Notes: a model not told the origin generated them from the letters alone. Positions 13,246 to 26,083 are shown, counted from the stretch's first letter. The stretch: 64,000 bases of DNA from Rhodosorus marinus CCMP1338 (GCA_029953675.1 JAMWBK010000002.1:2232001-2296000), one strand, 5' to 3'. A program made the numbers and translations.

Positions 13246-15892
13246 ATGGTGGTTGGAGTGGACGAGATAGGAAGGCCGGCGACTGAGCGAAGATCCAATC
13301 CAGCTGGGCCACGAAATGGAATCGGAAACGATTCTATAGGTCAAAATCTCGCCACCTCTGTCCCGACGCTTTTACAGGGTGAGAAAATGCACCTTTTTTT
13401 TCTGTTCAACTTGCGTGAAGTGTGTTGGTGTGAAGAAGCTGACCTGGCTTTAGTAGTTTTAGGTCTCTCCCCAGACCCTTCGTATGGCAGCGTTGAAGAA
13501 CGTAAAGACGTGGATTTCCAAGAAGAGAACGGGAATGGTGCCAGGACCCAGATGGAATCTGTTGTCGCGAGTATTGCCCAAACCAGAGCGTTGATAAGTA
13601 GGACCCTACAAGCTTGCATTTGCGCGGGGCGGCGTTAAAACGAGTTCTAGTTGCAATGCGAAGATTCGTCACAGGTTTTCAATAGGGAGACGAAGGAAGA
13701 GATCAAGTCATGGCAGGCAAGAAACATGGAAATAACCGCGAGAAACAAGTCACTGCTTCAGGAAATTCATGCCACCCAGTCACAAAGAGCAGAGCGGGAG
13801 AAACGCTTAGAAGCTAAGGAGCAACACCTCGTCGCTCTGAGGAACGAGATTCAAGACCGCACGATGAGCGCTAAGCAATTCAGCATATCCCTAGCGCGTG
13901 CCAAGCAAGCATGTGAAGAGGGTGTCCCTCGAAAATCTTCCTTATCCGACTCACAGAGCATGCTTTGTATTATTCATGGAATTGAATCCGGTTCCTTTCG
14001 ATGCAGTTGATTCCCAGGTCTTGCTCACCGAGAAAGAACTGACGGACGCAACTGGAGAAGTTGAAAACCTCGAGAAAAAGTGTCACTTCATGCTGGAACT
14101 CAAGCGTCTCGTTAGGGCGAGAAAGGAGAAGGGTATGAAGCTCTATCTTGTTCCGCTGAGATTTCTCACTCAAGACATACGCGTCTACAGTTCAATCCGA
14201 AAAAGGGGAAGTCGAGGTGGCCCTCGTCAAAGTCGAAGAAAGTTTCAAGGCAGTAGAGGATGACACCAAGCAGCTTGAGCGCGAATTGGAAAAGCTGAAC
14301 TCGAACAGACGGGATGAGCTGGCCAAGGTGGAATCAAAAGATTTCAATGAAAACACCTCTCATATCTTCCGCTCACTTTTCCTCTCTACTCGGGATAAGT
14401 GTAGGTGGACGATCTCAAGAGGAAGCAAAAGAAACTGGCTGAAGAAAAGGACCAGCTCATGAAAGGAGTCGACAAGTAGGGTTTAAACAGCACGGACACT
14501 AGAGCTAATTGTTGCTTTCCGGGAGATTGGATGATTGTGCTTACTTCAGATGACAGCATGACCACTCAGATTGAGAACTTGAGAAAGGAGAACGCTGCCA
14601 TAGTCAAGCAGGCTCGCGAAGTATCTTGTTTTCTGCTTCACAATTGGTTTGACCGATTTCTGAAGAAAAACCCTCCTCTGTATCAGGGTCGAGACAAGCT
14701 GAGTCTGTATCGCGTAAAGTTTCAGCAGAAAGAGGTTGGTCCAAGCATTAAGTCGGGAAAAGCATTTCACCCCCAACATTCTCAACCGAGGCCTCGTACC
14801 TGCCGAAATAGAGGGATTCGATGCAGCTTGAGAGGCTTCTAGATGAGAAAACGGGCACAATCAAGGTACGCGGCCCAACTTGCGTTACGCAGAGATGACG
14901 CTAATTTGTCGCTGCTTCTTGAACTCAGGAGGTTGAGGAGACGGTGGAAAATTTGAGAATCACGAAGGAGACATTGACCAAACAAGAGATTAACGTCCGG
15001 AAAGAAATCGAGATGACGAGCACATTCCGTCAGTGTGCCATGGGAAACTTCGACAGGCTTCAGGAAACCTTGAAACAGCAGGAGGCTGAACTGCGAGCTC
15101 GCCAAGAGGTTGGGCATGTTTCTACTTCCTTGCACCTTGTAGTCCTCGTCTGAAATAAGTGGTGGCGTAGTCCTTGACGAGGAGTAGAGATCCAGGCATC
15201 GAGAATGGGCTTGGTATGTCGCCGAAGAGGAGGAAATTGCTCAATGATGCAAGGGCTACGATCGCAGCAAACGAGAAGAGGATGAGAGCCATGGAAGACG
15301 AAAACAAATCACTCGACGCCCAGCTTGAGAAGCTTCGCGAGGACAGCGCAGAAAGACAAGCGCTTAGAACTGGTATCGAGGGGAACTGCTCTGACTTGGA
15401 TGTGCTGAAGAGGAAGTATGAAGCAGAGAAGACAAAAAGGGATCTCATGGAAACGGAGCTTCGCGAACTTCAAAACGCTGGTGAGATTCTCCGCCAGTAG
15501 CTTTACTAGGAACACAACGATTCACGCAAATCCGTACCACAGGAGCAATGCACTTCGCAGCGGCCGAAAAGAAGCTGAGGCTGGCGCAGGAGGAGCTGCA
15601 GAAGGAACGCGCTGTGCGGGAGACACTCACGTCTGAAATTCTCAAGGCGAAGGCAAAAATGGAGGAGATGAACAGCAAAACTGCCCAGGATCGCATTACA
15701 CCCTCGCGGCTAAGAGGAGTCGACATAGCCTCCCCTGTAGGCGGAAAGGTATGGTTCCCCACACCCCTCTGAAGACTGATGTTGAAATCCATCATACAGT
15801 GGAAGCCGGATCCAGCTCACAAACCATCTTCTTCCCCCTTGAAGAGCCCTTACACGGAAACAGACTCGGCAGAGTCGAAGTGGCTGGCATGA
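13246..15892 (+). CDS. Long coiled-coil protein of unknown function, many short introns
   Basis: Successive E/K/R/Q/L-rich heptad ORF pieces from 13.65 to 15.75 kb linked by GT-AG introns; NLS-like SPKRRK. Ends at 15772 if unspliced, or at 15892 if intron gtatgg...catacag is used. Exon model is approximate. Confidence 0.65.
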
Positions 15893-15998
15893 ATCCCATG
15901 CTCGTCGCGGATTCACGTTCCAAACCGTCAAATCCAGTCCATGTCCCAGAGATCATTTCGGGCTTCCTCAAATACTATAAACCCGAGCACTCCGAGCT

Positions 15999-16751
15999 TT
16001 AAAGATCCTTTACTTTGTTCGCACCGTTCCATTCACGAAGGACTCGCTTCACAAAGTATACCTGAAGCGCTACATGCGGAATATACACCAACAAGCTGCC
16101 CGCAATGCATTGCCACCGCATGAACTCAAACAACGTCGAATAAACAGTAAGGTGTCGTTGCCATGCGATTGCAAGTACCATATAAATTGGTGGCAGTATT
16201 TGTGCAACGAAGCAAATCAGTGCGATGGCAACGTTCCACATGTTGATGGTCTTCACAGTAAGTAGGCCCGATTTGGACGTTAGCCATCGCATACCCGCCG
16301 GAAGATAGACACAAGCAGATATCAAGAAGATAGAGCTCGGGAAGGCACCTTGTCGTCGTTGGCAACCCGTTATCAATAGGAGGCATGTCACAAAATGATG
16401 GAAAAGCCATCTATCGCGGGACATAAACGAGGGTATAGCCACCAGAGCAGCACTGTCGTACATGTAGTAACCGATAATCACCAGAGAGACATGGTAGTAT
16501 ATTTCCGGGTAAGCGAAAACGTAGTCCTTCTTCACCTCATCGTTGAAGAACAGAATATACACATTGAAGGCCGCCTGTAGCAGATGAAAGGCAATGTTCA
16601 CAATGTAGCAGTTCCAGATTGCGGCGTGTTCCTTTGGCAGACCCTTGTAGACGCCAAATCTCGAACTAACAGCCCTCGAGACAAAGTGACACCATACGAA
16701 GAAGAAAAAACAGCCAACAACAAGCTGGAGCTCATATAAATTCTCCGCCAT
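15999..16751 (-). CDS. TLC (TRAM/LAG1/CLN8) domain membrane protein, 250 aa
   Basis: Intronless ORF with several hydrophobic helices, GYYMYD, and the TLC hallmark WLFHHFV. Confidence 0.8.
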   Translation of the reverse strand: MAENLYELQLVVGCFFFFVWCHFVSRAVSSRFGVYKGLPKEHAAIWNCYIVNIAFHLLQAAFNVYILFFNDEVKKDYVFAYPEIYYHVSLVIIGYYMYDSAALVAIPSFMSRDRWLFHHFVTCLLLITGCQRRQGAFPSSIFLISACVYLPAGMRWLTSKSGLLTVKTINMWNVAIALICFVAQILPPIYMVLAIAWQRHLTVYSTLFEFMRWQCIAGSLLVYIPHVALQVYFVKRVLREWNGANKVKDL

Positions 16752-17708
16752 CCTCTTTTATCGGGAACAACAATACCCACAAGAAGAGTGAAGGGCCGCT
16801 GGTAACGCTCAGTTCAAGACATCGACGAATCTCACTACCAACGAAACAGAAAGCTGGCTCATGGCTCTCACCTTCATCACCAGGGACGTCCATGATGACG
16901 GTTTCTCCATCATCATCTTAACTACCTTTTCTTTTCCTCAAAATCTAAGAAATCAAAGGGACCCCAAAAGAGACGCACGGTGCCAACGAAAAAACGCACT
17001 ACAAAAAAATCAAAAAAAATCATTGTCTCAAGCTCTTAAGAAATTGAGACAAAAGTATAATAGTTTACACAATGTGTAATACACAATGTGTAAATAGAGC
17101 AACAGAGGATATCCCCATCTCACAATATCAAGACTCCCAACGACAACTCTTGCCTGTTGGCTTTCTTCCCCCCTCCCCCGCAAACCAATTCAACGAATAT
17201 CGGTATCTCGACAAAGACCCCGGAACAGAAAGTGGGGATGATGTCAGTTGCGGTAATGAAGATGAAAAAGGAAGCATTCCGTGAGAGAAACGGGGTTTTT
17301 ATTTTTTCAGTGCTTACTGATGAGTAAGCAGTCACGAACTTGGGATTCCACCCGGGGTGTGGGTACGAGGTGCTTAGTTTTCCAACACATACCACCAAGT
17401 GAACGATAAAAAAAACCATACGTTGGCGATTCGGCGTGGCGGCAGGATAGCTATATACTGATCCAACGTAAGATATTGGGTACAGTATCTCTAGTCCATT
17501 TTCCTTGGTAGTCTACGAACCCACACCCCACCCCGAAAGTAAGTACCTCTTCATACGTAAAACCTAATCCCATTTCGTAGCTGAGGGAGGTGTTTTGGGG
17601 AAAACTGCGCAAAAAACAGATCTGGTGGTGAAGTGTCAAAAGGCGGAACTTCATTGCTGTTAACCAAAACAAAAAACGGGGAGCTCCACTGTTTGGGATC
17701 CTACAGCC

Positions 17709-17769
17709 TAGCAGATGAGAGGCAATGTTCACGATGTAGCAGTTCCAGATTGCGGCGTGTTCCTTTGGC
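17709..17769 (-). repeat. 61-bp copy of TLC gene coding sequence (from 16578-16638)
   Basis: 59/61 identity in the same orientation; the copy runs into ORF 17451-17732. Confidence 0.9.
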
Positions 17770-18060
17770 CTTCATGTTTTTGGATTCCTATAAGAGGAGA
17801 TAGGTAAAGGGGTTGGGATACCATGGAGAGTCATTCCAGTTTTCAGAGGTATATGACATCCGAAACCCATGAGATTCATGTTAATGATGACGGAACAGAC
17901 AATAGTGCGCCAGCTGATGAAGAAGTTGATTGATAATGAATACAAATCATGATATTCTTAAATTTGAAAATAAAAAGGCATAAAAACCGTTAGAATAAGA
18001 AAAATTGGATACAATATGAACAATTCAGAAAAGTTAGCGTTTAGCGACGTTGGCTTCTGT

Positions 18061-18230
18061 CTGAGTGACTTACTCACTCTGTTGAGAGTTCAGGGCGTTC
18101 TGGCTTGAACACGACGTTCACGATTGTGAAAAGACGCACTCGCACTCGTCTGAGCGACTTCCTCATTCTATTGAGAGTTGGGGCGTTCTGGCTTGAAGAC
18201 TACGTTCACGATTGTGAAAAGACGCACTCG
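18061..18230. repeat. Two-copy tandem duplication, period 89 bp
   Basis: ttgagagtt..gggcgttctggcttgaa.ac.acgttcacgattgtgaaaagacgcactcg occurs at about 18082 and 18171. Confidence 0.9.
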
Positions 18231-19189
18231 TATTTCCTCTCTTCGTTGAGCGTCTTGGTCCTGTGGTTTATTGGAAAACTAGCAGCCCCCCGGAGGCGGC
18301 TTTCCTCCAGGAAGCAAAGCAGAGTGACAAAGTGTGTGACTACTAATCAGTAAACACTTAAAAGAACTACCAAAAGCTACTGGCACTCTCGTAGCTACGA
18401 AGCTTTGCGCTGTAGCGTTCTAGCTGTAGTAAGTCCTCTCTCTTGTTAAATCCTAGCCTTCTTTTCCTATCAGGATTGTGGTCTCTGAATAGCCGACTTC
18501 AAAGTCATCAGACCAAGTGTCGTTAAAGGACAGATCAGGACTGGAATTACTGCAGCTGCTATGCAACTGCTGGGACGGGTTCAAAGCTATATTGGTGGCA
18601 GCCTCGGTTGCAGTTCCGGGGTTTTCTTTTTTGAGGGGTGAGGGTGGAGTCCTCCTCTTAATTGCCGAAGACATCTGTTCTTGGTCTGGTTGCGACTGTG
18701 ACATAGAAATCACCTGCGACGACAGTCTTGGTCCGATCTGAAGAGAAGCAAAGCGAGTACTCATCGCTTTTAAACCACACCACAATTCGACGAAAAAGTT
18801 TATCTTTTTCGCTTGTACGTTGTTTTTGGTGATCAGTAGCAGAGTCTGGGGAACATAACCCTCTTCATTGGCAATGACAGGAGATGACCGGGGTCGCTTT
18901 TACTGTCTATCCCCTACGGTACAATGTAATTAGCTCTACCGATTACGCTATCGAAGGGGGTATTTTATACTTTGTTTTTACTCGCTTTAAGCACTTAGTT
19001 ATACTTGTATTTGGTACCCCTTCGGATGGGAGTGTCCACCCCGCTCCAAACCATGCCACTCTCTACAAGTCCAAAGCGTGAACGCAAATTTAGAAATGTG
19101 CTCTGTAGAGATCTATCTGCCGAGCTCGCAGACGTAGTCACCTGAGTGGGGGAGATACGCGGGATTGAACAGCATTATCAACAAAATAT

Positions 19190-19510
19190 TTTCAAAGCCC
19201 GAAGGCTTTTGTGAGAATATCTGGTAACATTTTCTACAGTTGGTAGTGTGCACCCAGAGGCCTACTTCCCGCACGTGAGCGATCCAACTGTAAACGGTTG
19301 TTTGACATCCCTCGCTCTAGGCTCGGTGCCAAGGAACTCGGGGAGGAGTCACAGGTGCTTTTGTGGATTTTCCCCGACATCTTCTGGTCCAGGTAAGCTC
19401 ATTCCTCAGAATGAAGTCTCCCAAAAGCTAGGCCGACGGCTAGTACTGTTCAGAGCCGAGGACGCATACCAGAAATTTGAGGCTTGTCTATTGAGAGCAT
19501 ATGTTTTTTT
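19190..19510 (-). mobile_element. Decayed Ty1/copia RNase H fragment
   Basis: Frameshifted pieces appear in the expected order: NFWYASSALNST, NELTWTRR (19403-19380), AHVREV, TLPTVENV (19249-19226), DILTKAFG (from 19221). These resemble copia ELxWLR and PTxENxADILTKAL. Confidence 0.55.
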
Positions 19511-19619
19511 ACGAATTTTTGTTATCATATTTTAGGATTTTAGTCCTCCTCTTCGCCTGGTCGATCCACTCCAAATACGAAAAGAAGTCAGACACTAAGG
19601 CTTGGGTAAAGGGATGGGT

Positions 19620-20190
19620 TAGATGCGCCTTATGGTGCAGAAACCAAGTCCACCCTATCGACATGGGAGTGCAACCTGTTTCCATACCGGATTAGTACCA
19701 TCCGGGTCCTCCTCAGCAGTGGTTTGTAGGCAACCTAGCAGCCGTTCTAGATGTAGCCTCGTCAGAGAGTCCGCCTCGCGTGCTAGTGTGCGTCCAAATT
19801 GAAACGCCATCGTTCGCAGGGCAGCTGCCCAGTAAAGTTTACAGTTACATTAGTCTGGGGTCACGCTTGTCTCGGGCAACGATTGTCTGAGGTTATAGTA
19901 TGCCCCAGAGCCAAGAGGCGGCGAGAATGGCCCGCGGTTTAAACCTCGGATCGAGTCCGTTCCGCATGGACAAGGAATTTGCCTTTAGCGGGCTCCGGAC
20001 TCGGAAGCTTTCTGTCATCAACTCCGGTTTGTTCTCATACGCAAATAGAAAACGGACGAACCACCTATCTCGTTGCGACGCGTAGGATTCCATATAGTGT
20101 GTGATCCCAATGCAACTTGGTGCAAACTGCTCGAGGCAAAAATGAGTTCTTGATGGCGGACACCGGACTCTGAGATCCAATTCTTACTAA
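19620..20190 (-). mobile_element. Decayed non-LTR retrotransposon RT fragment (CRE/R2-like)
   Basis: WISESGVRHQ (GxxQG-like), PRLM*L*TLLGSCP and LERLLG...VWKQVALPCR*GGLGF (19687-19637), the last matching the LPxxxGGLG signature at the end of non-LTR RT. Contains stops and frameshifts. Confidence 0.55.
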
Positions 20191-20848
20191 GCACTAGCTA
20201 TTAATTCAAATGAAACAGTGTCACTTCCCGCAATTTTTCTCAACCGGTCACAGCCGGAGGACTCGAATTTGCTTTAGCCAAACCAAAGCCTCCTGCACCG
20301 CTGAAAATGTACAGTTCGGAATGACGACTGCTGGCCAGTTTTGTGACCTCGTTGTAGTTTGGTTTATTACTGAGCGACTTACACGGGCTTGGCATACATA
20401 GAGTCAACCGGAAGGGCTAGAATCTGTTCAGTACCTATGACCGTGGGGCTAAACCGACACAGGGCACGGCTTTATGCATGGGTCTCTTAGTCTATCGTCT
20501 GCTGCAAAGAATGTAGTAGTGTACAACGCATCCTGAAGGCCTCATCTCCTGTTCGAACGGTTTAGAGCATGCATGGTTTGATGCCGTCCCCACGCCAGCC
20601 GATCAACTAGTACGCTGGGAATAGTCTCGTCTTAGCACTAAGTGGAGTTGTATCGCCTGATGTGCATGGCAGCAGAAATTATGGGACATTTTCAATACAA
20701 CCGTCAGTGGCCACGCGGTAGCACATGAAGTCAAGCATTCGCCGTGCAAGGTTCGCCCTCAAACTCCTCGAACGGCTAGACGCGATCCCAGTCGTGATTT
20801 GATCATGATGTGGCGCGGACGGAGAATCGTTTGCACGTGGATTGCAAA

Positions 20849-22886
20849 TTAAATCCGATCGAGAGTAGGAATTCCGAGCATGTGGAGGCAAATACGTATA
20901 TCCTTGGCAGTGAGGTCGGCCAGAGTTATTCTAGATGAACGGATGTCTTCTGATCCAGCACCAACAATCGAGCAGGTCTCATAGAACTGATTGAACCGCT
21001 GGCTGAGCTCGAAAAGGTAGTCGCAGAGAATATGCGGCATAAGCATGTGATCTACATCCGCGATAACTTCTGGCAACCTGATCAACATTCTCCCAAGCGC
21101 TGCCTCTTGCGGTTCCTCGAGTTTTAGAGGTGAGACTGGTGGTTCCCCTTCAATCCCAAGTTTTCGGAAGATCGCCTATAGAAGGGTAGGAAAGGTAGAC
21201 CAAACAAAGAGTTCATATAGCGCTCTTTTCCACCGGCTTTTCGAGGACAGGAACTCACCTGAATCCTGGAGTAGGCATAAAGCATGTAGGGGGCGGTGTT
21301 TCCATCCAAAGCGAGCATTCTCTCAAATGAGAAGCGGTAGTCTGACGTCCTGTTGGTTCTCAGATCCGCGTACTTGACGGCGGAAAGGCCAATAACCTCC
21401 CCCACGTGCTTTATGTACTCTTCCGTCTCTTCTCTCTTTTCTTCACTCAGTCGGTCTCGGAATTTGCTTTCGGCTGCGGCAATGGAGTCAGTTAGCAAGT
21501 CCTTGAGCTTGATCGTATCTCCCGCTCGTGTTCGAAGCTTCTTCCCGTCCTCTCCGAGTACCAGACCGAATGGAACGTGCTCGAGTGATGCTGTCTCATA
21601 AGGGTACATCTCGCCTCGCCGCGCAACCTGAGGGAGGAGGAAAGGAAATCGAGCGTCAGATTGAGTTGAAAGGGTTCAGGTAGCTTGTGTTCCCTTGCTT
21701 ACCTGAAAGACTTGCTCAAAATGCACGCCTTGACCTGCATCAACTACGTAGAGCACCCTTTCGGCCTTCTCGTCCAGTGTTCTGTTCTGTATTGCCGCCA
21801 GATCTGTCGTCGCATACATATATCCTCCGTCTCTCTTCTGCACAAGCAGCGGCTGGGGGTTTCCATCCCGATTCTTAAATTTCTCTAAGTACACAACCGT
21901 AGCGCCGTCGTCCACGGCAATCAAATTCTTGTCTCGAAGCTCCTCAATCACTCCGGGTAGTTTCGCGTTGTAATAAGATTCACCACGCTCGATCAGGGTG
22001 ACGGACAGCATGTCATAGATCTTCTGGAACTCGATCCTGGACTGATCGCAGAGTAAATTCCAGGCCTTGAGCGATTCCTCATCACCACCTTGCAATTTCA
22101 CCACTTCTTTCCTTGCGTTCTCGTTGAACTCTTCATCCGTTTCGCACCGCTTACTCGCCTTCTTGTAGAACTCAACCAGGTCGCCGAGATCCCTCTGCCC
22201 TCCTTCTGTTAAGGCTTCAGGTGCCACTTCTTTGAGGTAGAGAATAAGCCGGCCGAACTGAGTACCCCAATCGCCCACATGGTTCAGTCTGAGCAGATCA
22301 TAGCCAATGAACTCGAGAGTCCTCGCGAGTGATTCTCCGATCATTGTAGAGCGAAGATGTCCCACGTGCATCTCCTTCGCAATGTTCGGTGATGAGAAAT
22401 CAATAACAATCCGTTTCGCTTCCTTTTTCGGCACGCCAAGTCTGTCTGGATCTGTACATTCCGGTCGTTGAGAAGTGGAAGAAACGTAGCGCTATGATCA
22501 GTTTCGTTTTCCTCTAGTCGAACCCAACGGACGGATTTAGGCGTTGATGAACCCTGCTTCTCCTTTTTACCTTTTGCCATCTGGAGCAGTCGATCCTCAA
22601 TGAACGAATTCTTGAGCTTGATGTTAAGAAACCCAGGCCCCGCAATACTTGGCGTTTCACAGAAGCTGCTCAAGTCGAGGGCATCCAACATCTTCCCGGC
22701 CACATCCCTCGGTTTCTGCTTCAGCTTCTTCGCAAGCCCCATCGCAGCGTTGCACTGATAGTCTCCAAACTCCGCCCTCGTAGCGTTCGTCACCATTGGC
22801 TTCGCCCCCTTCCCAACATCACCAAACGCCTCTCCCAGCGCTTTCACGACAGCCTTCTCAATCCTCGTCTTTATATCCCGACACAT
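20849..22886 (-). CDS. argS: Arginyl-tRNA synthetase, 4 coding exons, 586 aa
   Basis: Exons 22886-22571, 22451-21703, 21627-21259 and 21175-20849 sum to 587 codons. Motifs [58 protein letters not shown]. An extra upstream exon is possible. Confidence 0.95.
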
Positions 22887-22898
22887 CCTGAACGAAAC

Positions 22899-22938
22899 GC
22901 ACACACGCACACACGCACACACGCACACACGCACACAC
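22899..22938. repeat. (GCACACAC)n microsatellite just upstream of ArgRS
   Basis: About five copies of gcacacac. Confidence 0.85.
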
Positions 22939-24891
22939 TCACAAACAATAACGCTACCAAGGAAACAAAAATTTACAATGAAAATCCACACTAGAAAGCC
23001 CAAATAGAACAGAGAGCCGAGCCTAACACCTCCAACGACGCATCACTCCCCACCAAACCCCACCCGCGGCTTCACGAAAAACAAATTTTGCTTATCAACT
23101 AAACTATCATTTAAGCGTCAGTATATATAGACTAGATCAATCTATATTATTTTATATAAGATACTTAAAAATCGTATTCAGTCTATTTATATAGTTATTG
23201 ATTGATAATTTAGATGACTCTTTTTTAAAGCTTAGAAACTTTTGTTTTGATCATCGACGGTGTCGGAAAGCGGGTGAGGATTTGGAATGGTCAACAAATT
23301 TTCGGTTGGATGTGCTAAGTGGACTGTTTCTGATGAAGGAAGAGTAGAAAGGATCTTGAAGGAGCTAGCCCCCGTACTATTTTTTTTTGATGGCAGCTGG
23401 GTTGGTGTTCGAAAGACAGATTGGGTTTTGGGGATTTTGGATGCCTTGTAAGCAGGTCGAGTGATTTTCCAAAGAGTGGCGTTCGTAGCTCCTAGGCTGT
23501 CGGCATAGGTGCGAATTGCGCTTGTCGTTTGGGCGCGTTCCTTGCGAGATCGGAGTTGAGCATTCCAGGGCGTGAAGTACAAGAGTCCCGCTAGACACAA
23601 AGCTGCTAGAGAGAGTGCTTCCCAACAACACCAAACGCCAGCCAATCGAACCACCACTATCAAGGTCTTAGCGCCGCCTCCCATTCGATGGATCGAATCA
23701 GGGCCTTCAGCGCACCTGTGTGCATTCCTCACGACAGGCCTTCAGCGCACCACACTCGCAGATACACTCCAGGCCTTCCAAACAACAACCGACAACAACC
23801 AGTCGCAAAACTTGGTCAGCCGAAAAGGAGGACTCTCACTCTATCTCAGCTGTGGGGTTTGGAGGCCTCCCACCAAGAAACTCGTAGGAACCGAGCTTTC
23901 AAGAGCATATGCTCGCACTCTCCCCATCGTGGTCCGCATAGGCAGCTCCGATATCCCATTGCATGCGGGTGTAGCTGAAAAGCCAACCAACTTCCAGACA
24001 TCGTCTTCCCACTACCACATCGCCTCCCCCCAAGGCCAAGTCAAGAGATCCCGATGGACCCATCGCCAATTTAAAAACAAACAACTAAACACCACATGAC
24101 AAATTAGCCGTCCTATAAAAAGCTAAAATGTCATAATCTAAGAGAATGTATATTCATAATTCTATATTTAGAAGTATATTGGATAGTCATATAGAGTATA
24201 GAATATATTTTATCAAATTAAAGTTTGAGAATATCTAAATAAACCTTAATATGCATAATCTAAAAATATATATAAAAAGTGTATGAAAATATGGTATTTT
24301 AGGTAGCAATAGTCTAGATTTAAGAGCGCAATGATTAAAACCATGAACCTATAATAGGTATTGTTGTTCATAATATACACTTTTCTATGAATATATATAT
24401 ATATTATAACGCATTTTTTGGGATATGCTATTCTATAAATGTGTAAATTATGATATCTTCATGTTATTCGTTTTTGGCGACGTCGGGAGGGAATGTGGGT
24501 AGGATGGATGCACTGAGGAAGGGAAAGGATGCCTTGGGAAGATTGTGTGTATGCGTGAAGGTATAGAGTTGTATGAGAGGGATAAGAGCACGAGATTAGG
24601 AGGCTTATGGAGTGGCTGAAAAAGGTTCATGGATTAGACCTTTGATTTTACTCTGAAGGGGGATTTTTGATTGCCTAGTGGCGGAAAATGGTGTGTTTGA
24701 GAGGGGAGTAGTAGCGCGAGGGGAGGGAAGGGTTTAGCGGGGAGGGGGGAATTCGTGGCCCTTTTTTTATTGTGTTGGGAGTTAGCAAGCTTCATCTTGG
24801 CTTGCAATTGTATTCGGTGAGCCGGAGAATAGTTTTTTTGTTTGGGTTGTATTTGGAGCGTGGAGAGCGTGGGTGAGCAGGGCCAGCCAGA

Positions 24892-26083
24892 ATGGTCCGG
24901 ATGACACCTGAGTTGATTAGCCGATCGGCGCAGTTCACAAACTGTCTTGGAGATCGAGAGCTGGATCTTAGAGGAAATCAGATATCGTTAATTGAGAATT
25001 TGGCCACGTCGAATGATCTGTTCGATGTTCTGGACATCAGCGAAAATTCGATTGCGATTTTGGGGAACATGCCTTACCTGCCCAGACTGAAGGTACGTGT
25101 TTACACTGCAGGTTGATGAACGATGAACATTTCCGATATCATCGTTCTGATTTTGCGTGCCCTGGATCTCGAATACGCTTCTTGCAGACCATTCTGGCTG
25201 GGCTGAACAAGGTTCATCGAGTCGGGAAAGGATTTGCCAAGGCGGTTCCTAACCTTGAGTCCTTAGTTCTTTCTGGCAACCAAATTCGCTCATTGGAGAG
25301 CTTGAGTGATTTGTTTAACTTGAAGAAGCTCGAGAGGCTGACTCTCGTTGACAATCCGGTGACAAAAGAGGGGCACTATAGACAGTACATTATTAAGATG
25401 GTACGCAAGGTCCCCCACAGAATCTGCGGATCGCATATTCGCGTAACCTAAAACATCACTGTGCACAGATTCCTTCCCTTCGAGTACTAGACTACAAAAA
25501 GATCAAGATGGATGAGCGCGAGCATGCGAATGCGTTGTTTTCTGGAGAGGACGGTCAGCTGCTCGAGAAAAAACTTGGCAAGGCGAGCGTTCGCGAATTC
25601 ACACCCGGAAATCTTGGGGACACACCTGCACATAAGCCTACCCCAGACCAAATCGCGGCAGTGAAGCTCAAGATACAGAATGCGAAAAGCGTTGAGGAAA
25701 TTTCTCAATTAGAAAGGGTGAGGATTTCCAGAAGCGATCATTCTTTCAATACAAGCCGGACCGGGACTCCACTCTCTCTGGCCTAATCAGTGTTCGAGAA
25801 AATTCAGCACGGCTTCTAGAAGTGAGCAACCCGTTGGATTTTGCCGCTGGATTCGTAACGGTAGCTATGGGAGCGTGAGGTTTCGTTGCTCAGTCCCTAG
25901 AGAGGCGGAAACGAATCTCTTCGGTGGTTCTTGCGAGAGGCGGATCTACCTGAATCGGGTTCTGTGTACGTCATAGATCTTCTCATTGAACTCAATCCCG
26001 TTTTCTCCATCGATTTTCGTCGTTTCTAGGCTCTAAGAAGTGGCAAAATAGAGGAAGCATTACTGAATGGAACTACTTCGTGA
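24892..26083 (+). CDS. SNRPA1: U2 snRNP protein A' (LRR), 4 exons, 238 aa
   Basis: Exons 24892-25092, 25188-25400, 25469-25717 and 26030-26083 sum to 239 codons. MVRMTPELI...RELDLRGNQI..IENL; NPVTK..HYRQY; LRVLDYKKIK. Confidence 0.95.

Noticed and set aside
17311-17345. CTGATGA...GAA hammerhead-like core within a small hairpin
   Set aside because: GAAC instead of GAAA, and no stem I/III or cleavage triplet could be built.
23232-24099. Overlapping ORFs of 96-175 aa on both strands
   Set aside because: No recognisable motifs or consistent splice structure.
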